Part shown: positions 63,981-64,000 of the stretch, piece by piece
Layout: the number at the start of each line of letters is the position of its first letter
Numbering within the stretch: position 1 is the first letter of the stretch
Origin: Octopus vulgaris
Taxonomy: Eukaryota
Length of the DNA: 64,000 nucleotides
Assembly (NCBI GenBank): GCA_951406725.2
Contig: OX597825.1
Location: 86,862,001-86,926,000, forward strand
Direction of reading: 5' to 3'
Position numbers and translations under genes: made by a program
Notes under the pieces: generated by a model
What the model was told of the DNA's origin: nothing
Database searches by the model: none
What the model saw: only the letters and a program-made list of their open reading frames with translations

Positions 63981-64000
63981 AATACATATATATGCTCACA

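Overview
AT-rich eukaryotic intergenic/intronic DNA saturated with microsatellites. The SINE families suggest an octopod cephalopod (inference, no database search). I find no supportable host protein-coding exon: nearly all ORF-track entries are translated microsatellites. The recognisable coding remnants are all transposon fossils: Tc1/mariner and maT-like DDD transposases, an L1/Tx1 ORF2 end, an ORF1/gag-only LINE derivative, R4/Dong and RTE LINE pieces, and a Penelope-like (PLE) reverse transcriptase of Naiad-like type. There are at least three tRNA-derived SINE families, a 4.3 kb diverged 32-bp satellite and an assembly gap with duplicated flanks. The main signal is about 20 hammerhead-ribozyme (HHR) motifs read by eye, in PLE pseudo-LTRs, fold-backs, retrozyme-like head-to-tail repeats and a tRNA-headed SINE. 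Two of them (1530-1605, 15998-16062), possibly a third (27091-27174), have the three HHR strands in a non-circularly permuted order. Several lineages carry consistent catalytic-core variants (U3-A8, C4, U6). Two further fold-backs carry a covarying multi-hairpin motif that is not an HHR. All structures were assigned by manual base-pairing and none has been computed or assayed.
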